Assembly (NCBI GenBank): GCA_963834845.1
Contig: CAWICY010000004.1
Coordinates: 443,954 to 507,953 of the forward strand
Length of the DNA stretch: 64,000 nt
Direction of reading: 5' to 3'
Origin: an uncultured Pseudomonadota bacterium
Lineage (GTDB): Bacteria > Pseudomonadota > Gammaproteobacteria > Burkholderiales > SG8-39
In this document: positions 27,301 through 41,038 of the stretch, piece by piece
Position numbering within the stretch: position 1 is the stretch's first letter
Layout: each line of letters begins with the position of its first letter
Translations under genes and position numbers: made by a program
The notes under the pieces: model-generated
What the model was told of the DNA's origin: nothing
Databases searched by the model: none
The model's input: the letters and a program-made list of their open reading frames with translations, nothing else

Positions 27301-28507
27301 GCCTCCTCCGGGGCCTTGATGCGGCGGAACGCGCGCCACAGCAGCAGGTCGTAGGCGATCTTGATCAGCGCGCCGGCAACCAGCGGCGCCCACAGCGCGC
27401 CCGCCTGCATCGCGCCGCCGGCGAGCGCCGGCGCTGCGATGCGGCCGCTGGCGCGCGCGAGCTGCGACAGCCCTGATGCCCAGGCGCGCTCGTGCGCCGG
27501 CACGATCGCCATCAGGTAGGACTGGCGCGTCGGCACGTCCATCTCCGAGAGCCCCTCCCTGACGATGAACAGCGCCGCCGCCACCGCGAAGGTGGGCGCG
27601 AGCGGCAGCGTGAGCAGCAGCAGGCCCGAGGGCAGGTGCGTGAACACCATGGTGTTCACCAGGCCGATGCGCCGCGCGAGCCACGCGGCGACGAAGTGCG
27701 ACAGCACGGTCATGATGCGCGCCGCGAGGAACAGCCCCGCGAGCGCGCCCTCGGACACGCCGAAGCGCAGGTAGAGGAAATACGCGATCAGCGCCGAGCC
27801 GATGAAGCCGCCGCCGAAGGCGTCCATCGCCGAAAGCAGCGAGAAATTGCGCACCGCGCGGCGCACCGCCGCCGGCGCGTGCAGCGCGTGGGCCGGCGCG
27901 GCCGCGGCGCCGCGCTCGGCCGCGGGCGAGAGCCGCGCGTAGGCGAGCGCCGCGCCGGCGAGCAGCATCGCGTAGCCGATGAGCGTCGCGTCGTAGGCGC
28001 GCGTCTCGGCCACCCCGAGGCTGTCGCGCAACAGCGCCGGCAGCGCCGCGAGCAGCGCGCCGGCGGCCGTGCCGACGTCCTGCAGCGCGTTGTACCAGGC
28101 GAACATCTGGGTGCGTTCGCGGTCGGCGGCGGTCGCCGGCAGGATCGCCTGCTCGAGCGCCTGCGCCCCGCCGCGGTCGGTGCCCTGCGTATTGAGCATG
28201 CCAAAGAACGCCGCCGCAGTCAGCGCCCAGCGCGAGTCGAACAGCGCGAGGCACAGGCCGCCGCCCGCGGCGAGCGAGGCAAGCGCGACCAGGCTGCGGC
28301 GCCGCCCGACGCGGTCGGCGGCAAAGGTGCTGTAGGCCGTGCCGCAGGCGACGCCGACGAAGCCGGCGGTGAGCACCATTCCGACCTCGGCTTCGTCGAA
28401 GCCGCGCTTGGCGAGGTACACCGCCGCGAGCACGCTGATCGAGCCGGCGGCCAGTCCGCGCAGCAGCGCGGCCGTGTAGATTAGGCTGCGGTCGCTCCGC
28501 AGCCGCT

Positions 28508-28511
<4 letters not shown>
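27297..28511 (-). CDS. MFS transporter
   Basis: In frame with track ORF 27297..29114. GTG start overlaps the parC stop (GTGA). About 12 TM segments, and [12 protein letters not shown] is MFS loop motif A. Confidence 0.75.
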
Positions 28512-30817
<2,306 letters not shown>

Positions 30818-30841
30818 GTCAGGCCGATCCGATGATCCAGT

Positions 30842-31075
30842 TCATTGAAAAAGATCCAGCTGCTTGTCGGACATCGCCACCGCCAGCTCGACGGCCGATT
30901 TCGCGCTCGGCAGAGAGTCGGTCGCGCCCGTTCTGCCGGCCGCTTCCCACGCATAGTGGCCATGAGCGACGCGCGTCACTTTGCCGAGCTTCGCCTTTCC
31001 CAGCCAGTAGGCATGCCCCTGGTAGGCCCTCTCCCAATAGGGCTTCGCTCGGGAGGTCTTCTTCTTTTTCGCCAT
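30842..31075 (-). CDS. small basic hypothetical protein (77 aa) ending in QLDLF(Q)
   Basis: GGAGGG lies 4 nt upstream of the ATG. Reads MAKKKKTSRAKPYWERAYQGHAYW...AMSDKQLDLFQ. Sits between parE and parC. Confidence 0.65.
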   Translation of the reverse strand: MAKKKKTSRAKPYWERAYQGHAYWLGKAKLGKVTRVAHGHYAWEAAGRTGATDSLPSAKSAVELAVAMSDKQLDLFQ

Positions 31076-31101
31076 TTGCCCCTCCGTGAAGATCGAGATC
31101 A

Positions 31102-31118
31102 GGGACAGACCCCATTTT

Positions 31119-31119
<1 letters not shown>
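31102..31119. repeat. copy of GGGACAGACCCyrTTTTT motif, abutting the parE stop
   Basis: gggacagaccccattttt. Its last base is the first base of the parE stop triplet (31119-31121). Confidence 0.6.
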
Positions 31120-33080
<1,961 letters not shown>

Positions 33081-33179
33081 GTATCTAGTATCGATCGGGT
33101 CTCGCTAGCCCATATATTGTAGTCGCCGGCGGCGCGCCACGCCCAGGGAACCCCGCCTGGCACGCCGGGTCTCAGGATA

Positions 33180-33743
33180 ATGGACCGCCGCCACGCCCTG
33201 AAGATCGCCGCCGGCCTCGCCGCCGCCCCGCTGTCACATCCCGCCATCGGCGCCAGCCTGCCGCCGACGCCGGACTGCCGCGGCGAAGACGCCACGCCGC
33301 GCCAGACCGAGGGCCCGTTCTATACCCCGCAGACGCCGCTCAGGTCGAGCTTGCTGGGAGACGCCGAGGGAGAGCGACTGGTGCTGCAGGGCTACGTCCT
33401 CGACACCCGCTGCCGCCCGCTCGCCGGCGCGTGGGTCGACCTGTGGCACGCCGACGCAGCGGGCGCCTACGACAACCGCGGTTTCCGGCTGCGCGGCCAT
33501 CAATTCACCGACGCGGGCGGACGCTACCGCTTCGAGACCATCGTGCCGGGTCTCTATCCGGGGCGCACGCGCCATTTCCACGTCAAGCTGCGCGCACCGG
33601 GCATGCGGCGCGAGCTCACCACCCAGCTGTACTTCCCGGGCGAGCCCGCCAACGCGCGCGACGGCCTGTACCGCCGCGAGCTGCTCATGGCGCTGGATCG
33701 TGCGGCGGGCGCGGCGCGCTTCGACTTCGTGCTCGACGCTTAG
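33180..33743 (+). CDS. intradiol ring-cleavage dioxygenase family protein, Tat-exported
   Basis: 187 aa. MDRRHALKIAAGLAAA is a twin-arginine-like leader. TEGPFY...VDLWHADA.G.YD...YPGRTRHFHV. Confidence 0.8.
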   Translation: MDRRHALKIAAGLAAAPLSHPAIGASLPPTPDCRGEDATPRQTEGPFYTPQTPLRSSLLGDAEGERLVLQGYVLDTRCRPLAGAWVDLWHADAAGAYDNRGFRLRGHQFTDAGGRYRFETIVPGLYPGRTRHFHVKLRAPGMRRELTTQLYFPGEPANARDGLYRRELLMALDRAAGAARFDFVLDA

Positions 33744-33821
33744 TACAAACGGGCCATTGGATTCGTAAGGGATCGTAATCTCGCTCTACCCAATCGGTAC
33801 GGACTCGATTAGGCTGCGGCC

Positions 33822-35196
33822 ATGCAATCGGATATCGCCGCGGCGGCCCTCGCCGGTCTCGCCAAACGCCGCGTGTTGGCGGTCGCCGTGCTGCGCCAGG
33901 GGCGCATGGTTTGGGCGAGTCCGGCGCTGCTCACGATGTTCTCGCTGGACACCGCGACGGCCACCGGCAAACGTTTTCTCGACCTGGTGGCGGCCGACGA
34001 CCGCGGCACAATGGCCACCGCGCTCGACGAGACACCGGGCGCCGAGGCGCCGCCGACCTCGTTTCGCGCGCTGCGCCTCGACGGCAGCCAATTCGACGCC
34101 GAGCTGACCGGCTCGGCGTTCGACCTGCCGGGCGGCCCGGGGGCGGTCATCGCGGTGAACGATGTCACCGAACAGCGGCGTGCCCAGACCCAGCTTTCCT
34201 ACCTCGCGTTCCGCGACCCGCTCACCGAGCTGCCCAACCGGGCGCTGTTCTTCGACCGCCTGCGCCAGGCGCTGGTCGAAGCGCGTCGCCACAGCAGCCG
34301 CTTCGCGGTGCTGGTGAGCGACCTGGACGGCTTCAAGCTGATCAACGACCGCTACGGCCACGAGACCGGGGACGCCCTGCTGCAGGTGGCCGCCAAGCGC
34401 CTGCGCGCGGCGACGCGCGAAGGCGACACCGTGGCGCGCATCGGCGGGGACGAGTTTTCCGCCCTGCTGGCGCGCGCCGCGAGCCAGGAAGACGCCTCGA
34501 TCGTCGCCTCGCGCATGGTGCGCGCGCTCGACGCCCCGATCGTCGTCGCCGGCCAGCCCTGCCAGGTAGGCATCAGCGTCGGCATCGCGCTGTATCCGGG
34601 TAACGGCAAGGACATGGACTCGCTCGTCGCCCACGCCGACGCCGCAATGTACGCAGCCAAGCGCGCCGGCGGCAAGTGCTTCAAGTTCGCGGGCGAGCGC
34701 GACCCCGACATCTCCGGCCCGCTGCGGCTACCGTTCCTGGAATGGAACGAGGCGCACACGGTAGGCGTGCCGCTGATGGACGAGCAGCACAAGCAGCTCG
34801 CGGCGCTCGATCAACCGCCTGGGCGAGGATCTCAAGGCAGGCCACGAATCCGATCGTCTAAACGAGTCGCTCGCGATGCTGGTCGACGCGGCGCGCGCCC
34901 ATTTCGCCGACGAGGAGCGCCTGTTGTTCGAAGCGGGGCTCGGCGCGGCTGCCGAGCGCCATCGGCAGGAGCACCGCAGGCTGCTCGAGGAGTTGCAGGG
35001 CCAGGCGGTCAAGTTCGACGGCCGCAGCATGGCGCTCACCATGCGCTACCTGAACTTCTGGCTGCTGCATCACATCGAGACGATGGACAAGCCGCACGCC
35101 AAGCTGATCCTCGAGCGCGGCACGGCGCAAGGCGCCAGCCGCGCGCCGGTCCCGACCGGCGCATCGCGCGCCACGCCGCTCGCGCCCGCGGGCTAA
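33822..35196 (+). pseudogene. PAS-GGDEF-hemerythrin diguanylate cyclase with one frameshift near 34809
   Basis: Track ORF 33822..35285 carries the PAS and RIGGDEF domains and LMDEQHKQLAAL. The hemerythrin domain continues in another frame as INRLGEDL...HFADEERLL...FWLLHHIETMD (track ORF 34876..35196). The junction is ctc-g-atc at 34806-34812. Confidence 0.8.
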
Positions 35197-35208
35197 CAAG
35201 ACGACGGC

Positions 35209-35222
35209 TTGACGCAAGTCAA
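35209..35222. promoter_or_regulatory. FNR/Anr-type box TTGACGCAAGTCAA
   Basis: Perfect palindrome TTGAC-N4-GTCAA, centred 66 nt upstream of the adaptor gene ATG (35282). Identical to the 14-mer at 54552-54565. Confidence 0.55.
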
Positions 35223-35241
35223 AGGCCGCGGTCCGCGGCCT
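35223..35241 (+). terminator. GC-rich hairpin AGGCCGCGG-t-CCGCGGCCT downstream of the hemerythrin-DGC stop
   Basis: 9-bp perfect stem starting 27 nt after the TAA (35194-35196), followed by CTTATCC (poor U-tract). A second 7-bp inverted repeat, CCTGCAA/TTGCAGG, lies at 35247-35267. Confidence 0.45.
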
Positions 35242-35281
35242 CTTATCCTGCAAGTGTCGATTGCAGGAAGTCTGATTGGCC

Positions 35282-36379
35282 ATGAAATTCGCGAAGCAGG
35301 CGCCGCTGATCGCCGCCCTGCTGGCGACGGTTGGCGCGCTCGCCGCAGACAACGAAGTGAAGATGAGCGCCGGGCAGGTGACCGCGCTCGGCGTGGAGAC
35401 TGTCGCGCTCGAGCAGCGCGCCGCTGGCGAGATCCAGGGCCTGCCGGCGCAGGTCGTGGTGCCGAACGGGCAGACGCAGGTGGTGAGCGCGCCGCTGCCG
35501 GCGCTGGTCGAGCGCGTGCTGGTAGCCACGCAGCAGCCTGTCACGAAGGGCCAACTGCTGGCGCAACTGCAGAGCCCGGCGCTCGCTGACCTGCAGCACA
35601 CGTTCCTGCAAGCCGCGACGCAAGTGAGCCTTGCACGCGCCAATCTGGAGCGCGACGAGAAGCTCTTCGGGGAAGGGATCATCGCCGAGAGCCGTCTGCT
35701 CGCCACGCGCGCGCACTTCACCGAAGTTTCCGCCGACCTCGCCGAGCGCACGCAGGCGCTGCGGGTCGCAGGAATGTCGGAGGCCGCGATCGCCCGGCTG
35801 CGCTCCGGACAGCGCGTCGGCACCGCGATCGAGCTCGGTGCGCCGTTCGACGGTGTGATACTTGAGCAGATGGCTTTCGCCGGTCAGCGGCTCGAGGCCG
35901 CATCCCCGGTGCTGAAGATCGCGCGGCTCGACCCGCTGTGGCTCGAGATCCAGCTGCCGATGACACGCCTCGCCGAAGTGCGCGAGGCTGCCGCCGTGAA
36001 CGTCCCGGCCCAGCAGGCGTCGGGGCGCGTGATCGCGATCGGGCGCAGCGTCTCTGCGGCCAACCAGACGGTGATGGTGCGCGCCGAGGTCACGCGCAAC
36101 GCGGCGCACCTGCGCCCCGGACAATTCGTCGAAGCCTCCATCGCCGCAGCGGCCAACGGCGCGCAGTGGGAGGTGCCGAGCGCCGCGCTGGCGCGAACGA
36201 AGGGTCGCGCGCTGGTGTTCGTGCGCAGCGCCGGCGGATTTCGCGCACAGCCCGTGACCGTCGTCAACGAGACCGCAACGAGCGCCGTGGTGTCCGGCGA
36301 GTTGCGCGAAGGCGAGCGCATCGCAGTGAAGGGCGTCGCCGCGCTCAAGGCCGCGCTGGTCGGGATCGGGGTGCAGTAG
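35282..36379 (+). CDS. efflux RND transporter periplasmic adaptor subunit (CusB/CzcB-like)
   Basis: Track ORF 35276 (TTG) trimmed to ATG 35282. Signal peptide MKFAKQAPLIAALLATVGALA. Adaptor-type hairpin and beta-barrel regions. Stop TAG directly abuts the pump GTG. Confidence 0.8.
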   Translation: MKFAKQAPLIAALLATVGALAADNEVKMSAGQVTALGVETVALEQRAAGEIQGLPAQVVVPNGQTQVVSAPLPALVERVLVATQQPVTKGQLLAQLQSPALADLQHTFLQAATQVSLARANLERDEKLFGEGIIAESRLLATRAHFTEVSADLAERTQALRVAGMSEAAIARLRSGQRVGTAIELGAPFDGVILEQMAFAGQRLEAASPVLKIARLDPLWLEIQLPMTRLAEVREAAAVNVPAQQASGRVIAIGRSVSAANQTVMVRAEVTRNAAHLRPGQFVEASIAAAANGAQWEVPSAALARTKGRALVFVRSAGGFRAQPVTVVNETATSAVVSGELREGERIAVKGVAALKAALVGIGVQ

Positions 36380-39300
36380 GTGCTCAACCGCCTGGTCGAG
36401 TTCTCGCTCACCCAGCGGCTGCTCATGGTGGTCGTCACCCTCGGGCTCGCGGCAGCGGGGGTGCTCGCGTTGCGCGAGCTGCCGATCGACGCTTACCCGG
36501 ACGTCTCCTCGACGCAGGTGAAGGTGATCATAAAGGCCCCGGGCATGACCCCCGAGGAGGTCGAGGCGCGCATCACCACGCCGATCGAGCTCGAGCTGCT
36601 CGGGCATTCCGTACAAGCGCGTGGTGCGCTCGATGTCGAAGTACGCGATCGCCGACATCACGCTCGATTTCGAGGACGGCACCGACATCTACTGGGCGCG
36701 CCAGCAGGTCGCCGAGCGGCTGGCGAACATCGCGCGCGACCTGCCGCCGGGCATCTCCGGGGGACTGGCGCCGATCACCACGCCGCTCGGCGAGATGTTC
36801 ATGTTCACCATCGAGGGCGGCCAGCTCTCGCTCGCCGAGAAGCGCACGCTGCTCGACTGGACCATTCGGCCGGCGCTGCGCACGCTCCCCGGAGTCGCCG
36901 ACGTCAACGCGCTAGGAGGCTTGGTACGCACCTACTCGGTGGTGCCCGACCACGCGGCGCTCGCCGCGCGCGGCGTGACGCTGGCGGTGCTCGCGCAGGC
37001 GCTCGAGGCGAACAACCGCAACGACGGTGCGGGGCGCGTGCGCGACGGCGAGGAAACGCTGTTGGTGCGCGCCGAAGGGGCAGTCGCGAACGATCGACGA
37101 CGTGAACGCGATCGTCGTGGCGGCGAAGGACGACGGCGTGGTGCGCGTGGGCGATATCGCCGACGTGCACATCGGCAACCTTACGCGCTATGGCGCGGTC
37201 ACGCAGAGCGGCCGCGGCGAGGCAGTCGAAGGGCTGGTGCTCGGGCTGCGGGGCGCGAACGCCAAGCAGGTGGTCGAAGGCGTGCGCGCCCGCCTCGCGC
37301 GAGCTTGGGCCGAGCCTGCCGCCCGGCGTCACGACCAGCGTGTTCTACGACCGGGGCAGTCTGGTCGAGCGCGCGGTGGGCACTGTTTCGAAGGCGCTCG
37401 GCGAGGCGGTCGTGCTGGTGCTCGTGCTGCTGGTGCTATTCCTCGGCAACCTGCGCGCCGCGCTCACCGTCGCCCTGATGCTGCCACTCGCGGCACTCGC
37501 GACGTTCATCCTGATGGGCGCGGCCGGAATGTCAGCCAACCTTATGAGCCTCGGAGGACTGGCGATCGCGATCGGCATGCTGGTCGACGCCGCGGTGGTG
37601 GTGGTCGAGAACGTGGTGACGCATCTGTCGCAGGAATCCAGGACGCGGGCTGCCACGCCTCAACATCATCTACCGCGCGGTGAGCGAGGTGACGCTGCCG
37701 GTGACGTCCGGCATCGCCATCATCGTCATCGTGTTCCTGCCGCTGCTCACGCTGCAGGGTCTGGAGGGCAAGCTGTTCATCCCGGTGGCGCTGTCGATCG
37801 TGTTCGCGCTCTCCGCGTCGCTGGTCCTTTCGCTCACCGTGGTGCCGGTGGTGGCATCGTTCCTGCTGCGCAGAGGGCGGACACGGCGATCCGTGGCTGG
37901 TGCGAATCTCGCGCTGCGCATCTACGAGCCGGCGCTCGGCTGGGCGCTGAGGCACGCGCGCAGCGTCGTCGTCGCCGCGCTGGCAGCGCTCGCGCTGGCC
38001 ACGGCAGGTGCTACCTGCTGATCGGCAAGGCCTTCATGCCGACCCTGGACGAGGGCGACCTCGATCATCGGACTGGAGAAGCTGCCCTCGATCAGCCTCG
38101 AGGCAAGTCGCCGATACCGACCTTCGCATCCAGCGCGCGATCCTCGCGACGGTTCCGGAAGTGACGCGCATCGTGGCGCGCACCGGCTCGGATGAGCTGG
38201 GGCTCGATCCGATGGGCCTCAATCAGACCGACACCTTTCTGGTGCTCAAGCGCGAAACGCAGTGGCGCACGCCCGACAAGGCCTGGCTGACGGACGAACT
38301 GCGCAAGGTGATGGCGACGCTTTCCAGGCGTGTCCTACAGCTTCACCCAGCCGATCGAGATGCGCGTCGCGGAGATGCTGGTCGGCGTGCGCGGCGACGT
38401 CGCGATCAAGATCTTCGGCCCCGAGCTCGCCACTCTCAACGGCCTGGCCGAGAAGATGGTCGACGCGATCAAGGGCGTTCGCGGCAGCCGAAGACGTCCT
38501 GACGGTGAAGAACGAGGGGGTGCAATACCAGTCGGTCGAAGATCGACCGGCTGCGGCCGGACGCATGGGGCTGTCGACGTGGACGACGGTGCAGGATGCG
38601 CTGCGCGCCGAGGTCGAGGGCGGGTCGTCGGGACGGTGCTCGAGGACGGGCGCCGGACCCCGTTGCTGCTGCGCGGCGGCGACGCGCGTGCGCGACTCAC
38701 CGGCGCTGTTCGCGCAGCCTCACGACTGACGCTGCCGAGCGGTCAGGCGGTGCCGCTGACCGCAGGTGGCGACAGCTCGAGCGCGTCGACGGACCGGTCA
38801 AGGTCGACCACGAGAACGCGGCGCCGCTACGTGGTGGTGCAGGCGAACGTGCGCGGGCGCGACCTCGTCGGCTTCGTCGAAGAGGCGAAGCAGGCCGTGG
38901 CGCGAAAGGGTACGCTGCCCGCCGGGCTACAGCGGCAGTGTGGGGCGGGCAGTTCGAGAACCAGCAGCGTGCCGCGGCGCGCCTCGCGCTCGTGGTGCCG
39001 GTGGCGCTCGCGCTCATCTTCCTGCTGCTGTTCGCGACCTTCGGCTCCCTGCGGCAGGCGGTGCTGGTGTTCGCCAACATACCGTTCGCGCTGATCGGCG
39101 GCGTGTTCGCACTGTGGGCTTTCCGGCGAGTACCTCTCCGTGCCGGCTTCGGTCGGCTTCATCGCGCTGCTCGGCGTCGCGGTGCTAAACGGCGTGGTGA
39201 TGGTCACCTACTTCAACCAGCTGCGCGCGCAGCGGCATGCCGCTCGCCGTGGTCGTGCGTGGAGGGCGCCAAGCGGCGGCTGCGGCCGGTGCTGATGACC

Positions 39301-39489
39301 GCGAGCATCGCCGCCTTCGGCCTGGTGCCGCTCCTGTTCGCCAGCGGTCCGGGCTCGGAGATCCAGCGGCCGCTCGCCATCGTCGTGATCGGCGGACTGG
39401 TCACCTCGACGCTGCTGACTCTGGTGCTGCTGCCGATCCTTTACCGCCGCTTCGGCGTCGAGCCGGTGATCGAGGGAGGGAAGCCATGA
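36380..39489 (+). pseudogene. CusA/CzcA family heavy-metal efflux RND permease, reading frame broken about 24 times (pseudogene or local assembly error)
   Basis: Contiguous CusA-like peptide is recovered only by hopping among all three + frames (track ORFs 36380, 36621, 37027, 37190, 37680, 38008, 38330, 38262, 38596, 38766, 39237). Examples are MLNRLVEFSL..., ...MSLGGLAIAIGMLVDAAVVVVENV..., ...FMPTLDEGDL..., and the tail ...[26 protein letters not shown]. Confidence 0.85.
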
Positions 39490-39812
39490 GCGACCGGGAT
39501 ATTGCGAACGTCGATTGCCTGCTCACGCTGGTGTTTCCGCCGAGCCTGGAGGAAAACGTGATCGGCCTGCTGCTCGAGCACCCGAAGTGGGCAGCGCGCT
39601 TCGTGTGCACCCACGTCCAGGGGCACGGCCAGGCGATGGCGCTCGCCGCGAGCTCCGACCTGGTGCGCGGCCGAGCGCCGCGCCTGATGGTGCAGCTGGT
39701 CACCGGGCACACCGAGGTGCAGGCGCTGCTGGCAGCGTTCCGCACGGCGGTACCGAGCCCGGAGGTGGGCTACTGGGTGGTCGAGCTCGCGCAGTACGGG
39801 AGGCTCGCATGA
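39486..39812 (+). CDS. DUF3240 family protein (RND operon accessory)
   Basis: In frame with track ORF 39237..39812. ATGA overlap with the pump stop. Reads [33 protein letters not shown]...HVQGHG. Confidence 0.7.
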   Translation: MSDRDIANVDCLLTLVFPPSLEENVIGLLLEHPKWAARFVCTHVQGHGQAMALAASSDLVRGRAPRLMVQLVTGHTEVQALLAAFRTAVPSPEVGYWVVELAQYGRLA

Positions 39813-41038
39813 GGGCGCTCGTGCTGGCGCTGCTGCTGCCGCTCGCCGCCGCGGCCGCAGACATCGCGGATTTGCCCAGCGCGGAGCAGGCGCGCGCGGC
39901 GATCGAATCGCACCCCACGGTGCTGGCGGCGCAAGCCGCTGTCGCCGCCGCCGCGGCGCGGCGGCACGCCCTCGAGGCGGGGCCCTACGAGACGCAGATG
40001 CGCATCGGCGCGGGACAGCGCCGCGACCGCGTGCTCGACCAGAACCTGAGCGAATACGAGCTGGGCGTCGAGCGCGCGTTCCGCATCGGTGCGAAGAGCG
40101 ACATCGACCAGGCAATCGGCGAGCAGAGCGTGGCGCAGGCCAAGCTCGGCGTAGGGGAAGCCATGCACGAGTCCGCGCGCAGCCTGCTGCGGCTGTGGTT
40201 CGTCTGGATGCGCACCGCCGCCCAGGCAGAAGTTTGGGATGCGCAAACCTCGATCTCGGGTCGCCAGCTGGGCGCCGTCGACAAGCGTGTGCGCCTCGGC
40301 GATGCGCCGCGCCAGGAAAAATTGCTCGCCGAATCGGCGCTCGCGCAGGCGACGACCTCGCGCCTTCAGGCGCGCATGCGCGTGGAGGTCGCGCGCGCCG
40401 AGCTTACGCGCAATTTCCCGGCGATCGCCCCGCCCGCAACCGTGCCCATTGCAGAGGCCCCGCCCCTTGCGCACGACTTCGCGTGGTGGCACGAGCGGGT
40501 GCTCGAGCACAACCACGAGCTCGCGGTGGCGCGCGCCGATGTCGGACGCCTGCGCCTCGTCGCCTCGCGCGCCGATGCCGATCGCACGCCCGATCCCACG
40601 CTCGGCCTTCGCTTCTATTCCGAGCGTGACGATGCCGAGCGCATCCTGGGCGTGGTGCTGAGCGTCCCGTTCGCGGGGGACGCGCGCCGTGCCGAGGCCG
40701 ACGGGGCACTGGCGCAGTCGGACGTCGCCGTACAGCGCGAGGCCGTGCTACTGCGACGGCTCGAGGCGGAGGTGGCGGCACTGTACGCCAATGCGTCCGC
40801 TGCGCGCGACGCCGCGCAAAGCGCGGCGCTCGCCGCCGAGGGCCTGATGCGCAACAGCGATCTTGCGGCACGCGCCTACGCGCTGGGCGAAGCCACCCTC
40901 GGCGACGTTCTCATCGCGCAACGTTACGCGATCGAGGCGCGGCTCGCGGCGACGTTGGCGCGCCTGGACGCGGCCGAGTCGCGCTACCGCCTGATGCTCG
41001 ATGCACACGAGCTCTGGCCGCTCGACCCACGCGACTAG
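39809..41038 (+). CDS. TolC family outer membrane efflux protein (CusC/CzcC-like)
   Basis: In frame with track ORF 39515..41038. ATGA overlap with the DUF3240 stop. Signal peptide [17 protein letters not shown]. Alpha-helical, Ala-rich repeat pattern. Confidence 0.75.
   Translation: MRALVLALLLPLAAAAADIADLPSAEQARAAIESHPTVLAAQAAVAAAAARRHALEAGPYETQMRIGAGQRRDRVLDQNLSEYELGVERAFRIGAKSDIDQAIGEQSVAQAKLGVGEAMHESARSLLRLWFVWMRTAAQAEVWDAQTSISGRQLGAVDKRVRLGDAPRQEKLLAESALAQATTSRLQARMRVEVARAELTRNFPAIAPPATVPIAEAPPLAHDFAWWHERVLEHNHELAVARADVGRLRLVASRADADRTPDPTLGLRFYSERDDAERILGVVLSVPFAGDARRAEADGALAQSDVAVQREAVLLRRLEAEVAALYANASAARDAAQSAALAAEGLMRNSDLAARAYALGEATLGDVLIAQRYAIEARLAATLARLDAAESRYRLMLDAHELWPLDPRD

Noticed and set aside
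25406-28254. ORFs 25406..27130 (574 aa), 25711..26520 (+) and 26734..28254 (506 aa)
   Set aside because: They are out-of-frame or antisense overlaps of the GGDEF, DUF99 and MFS genes. Only the C-terminal 188 codons of 26734..28254 carry DUF99 motifs and an SD-preceded GTG.
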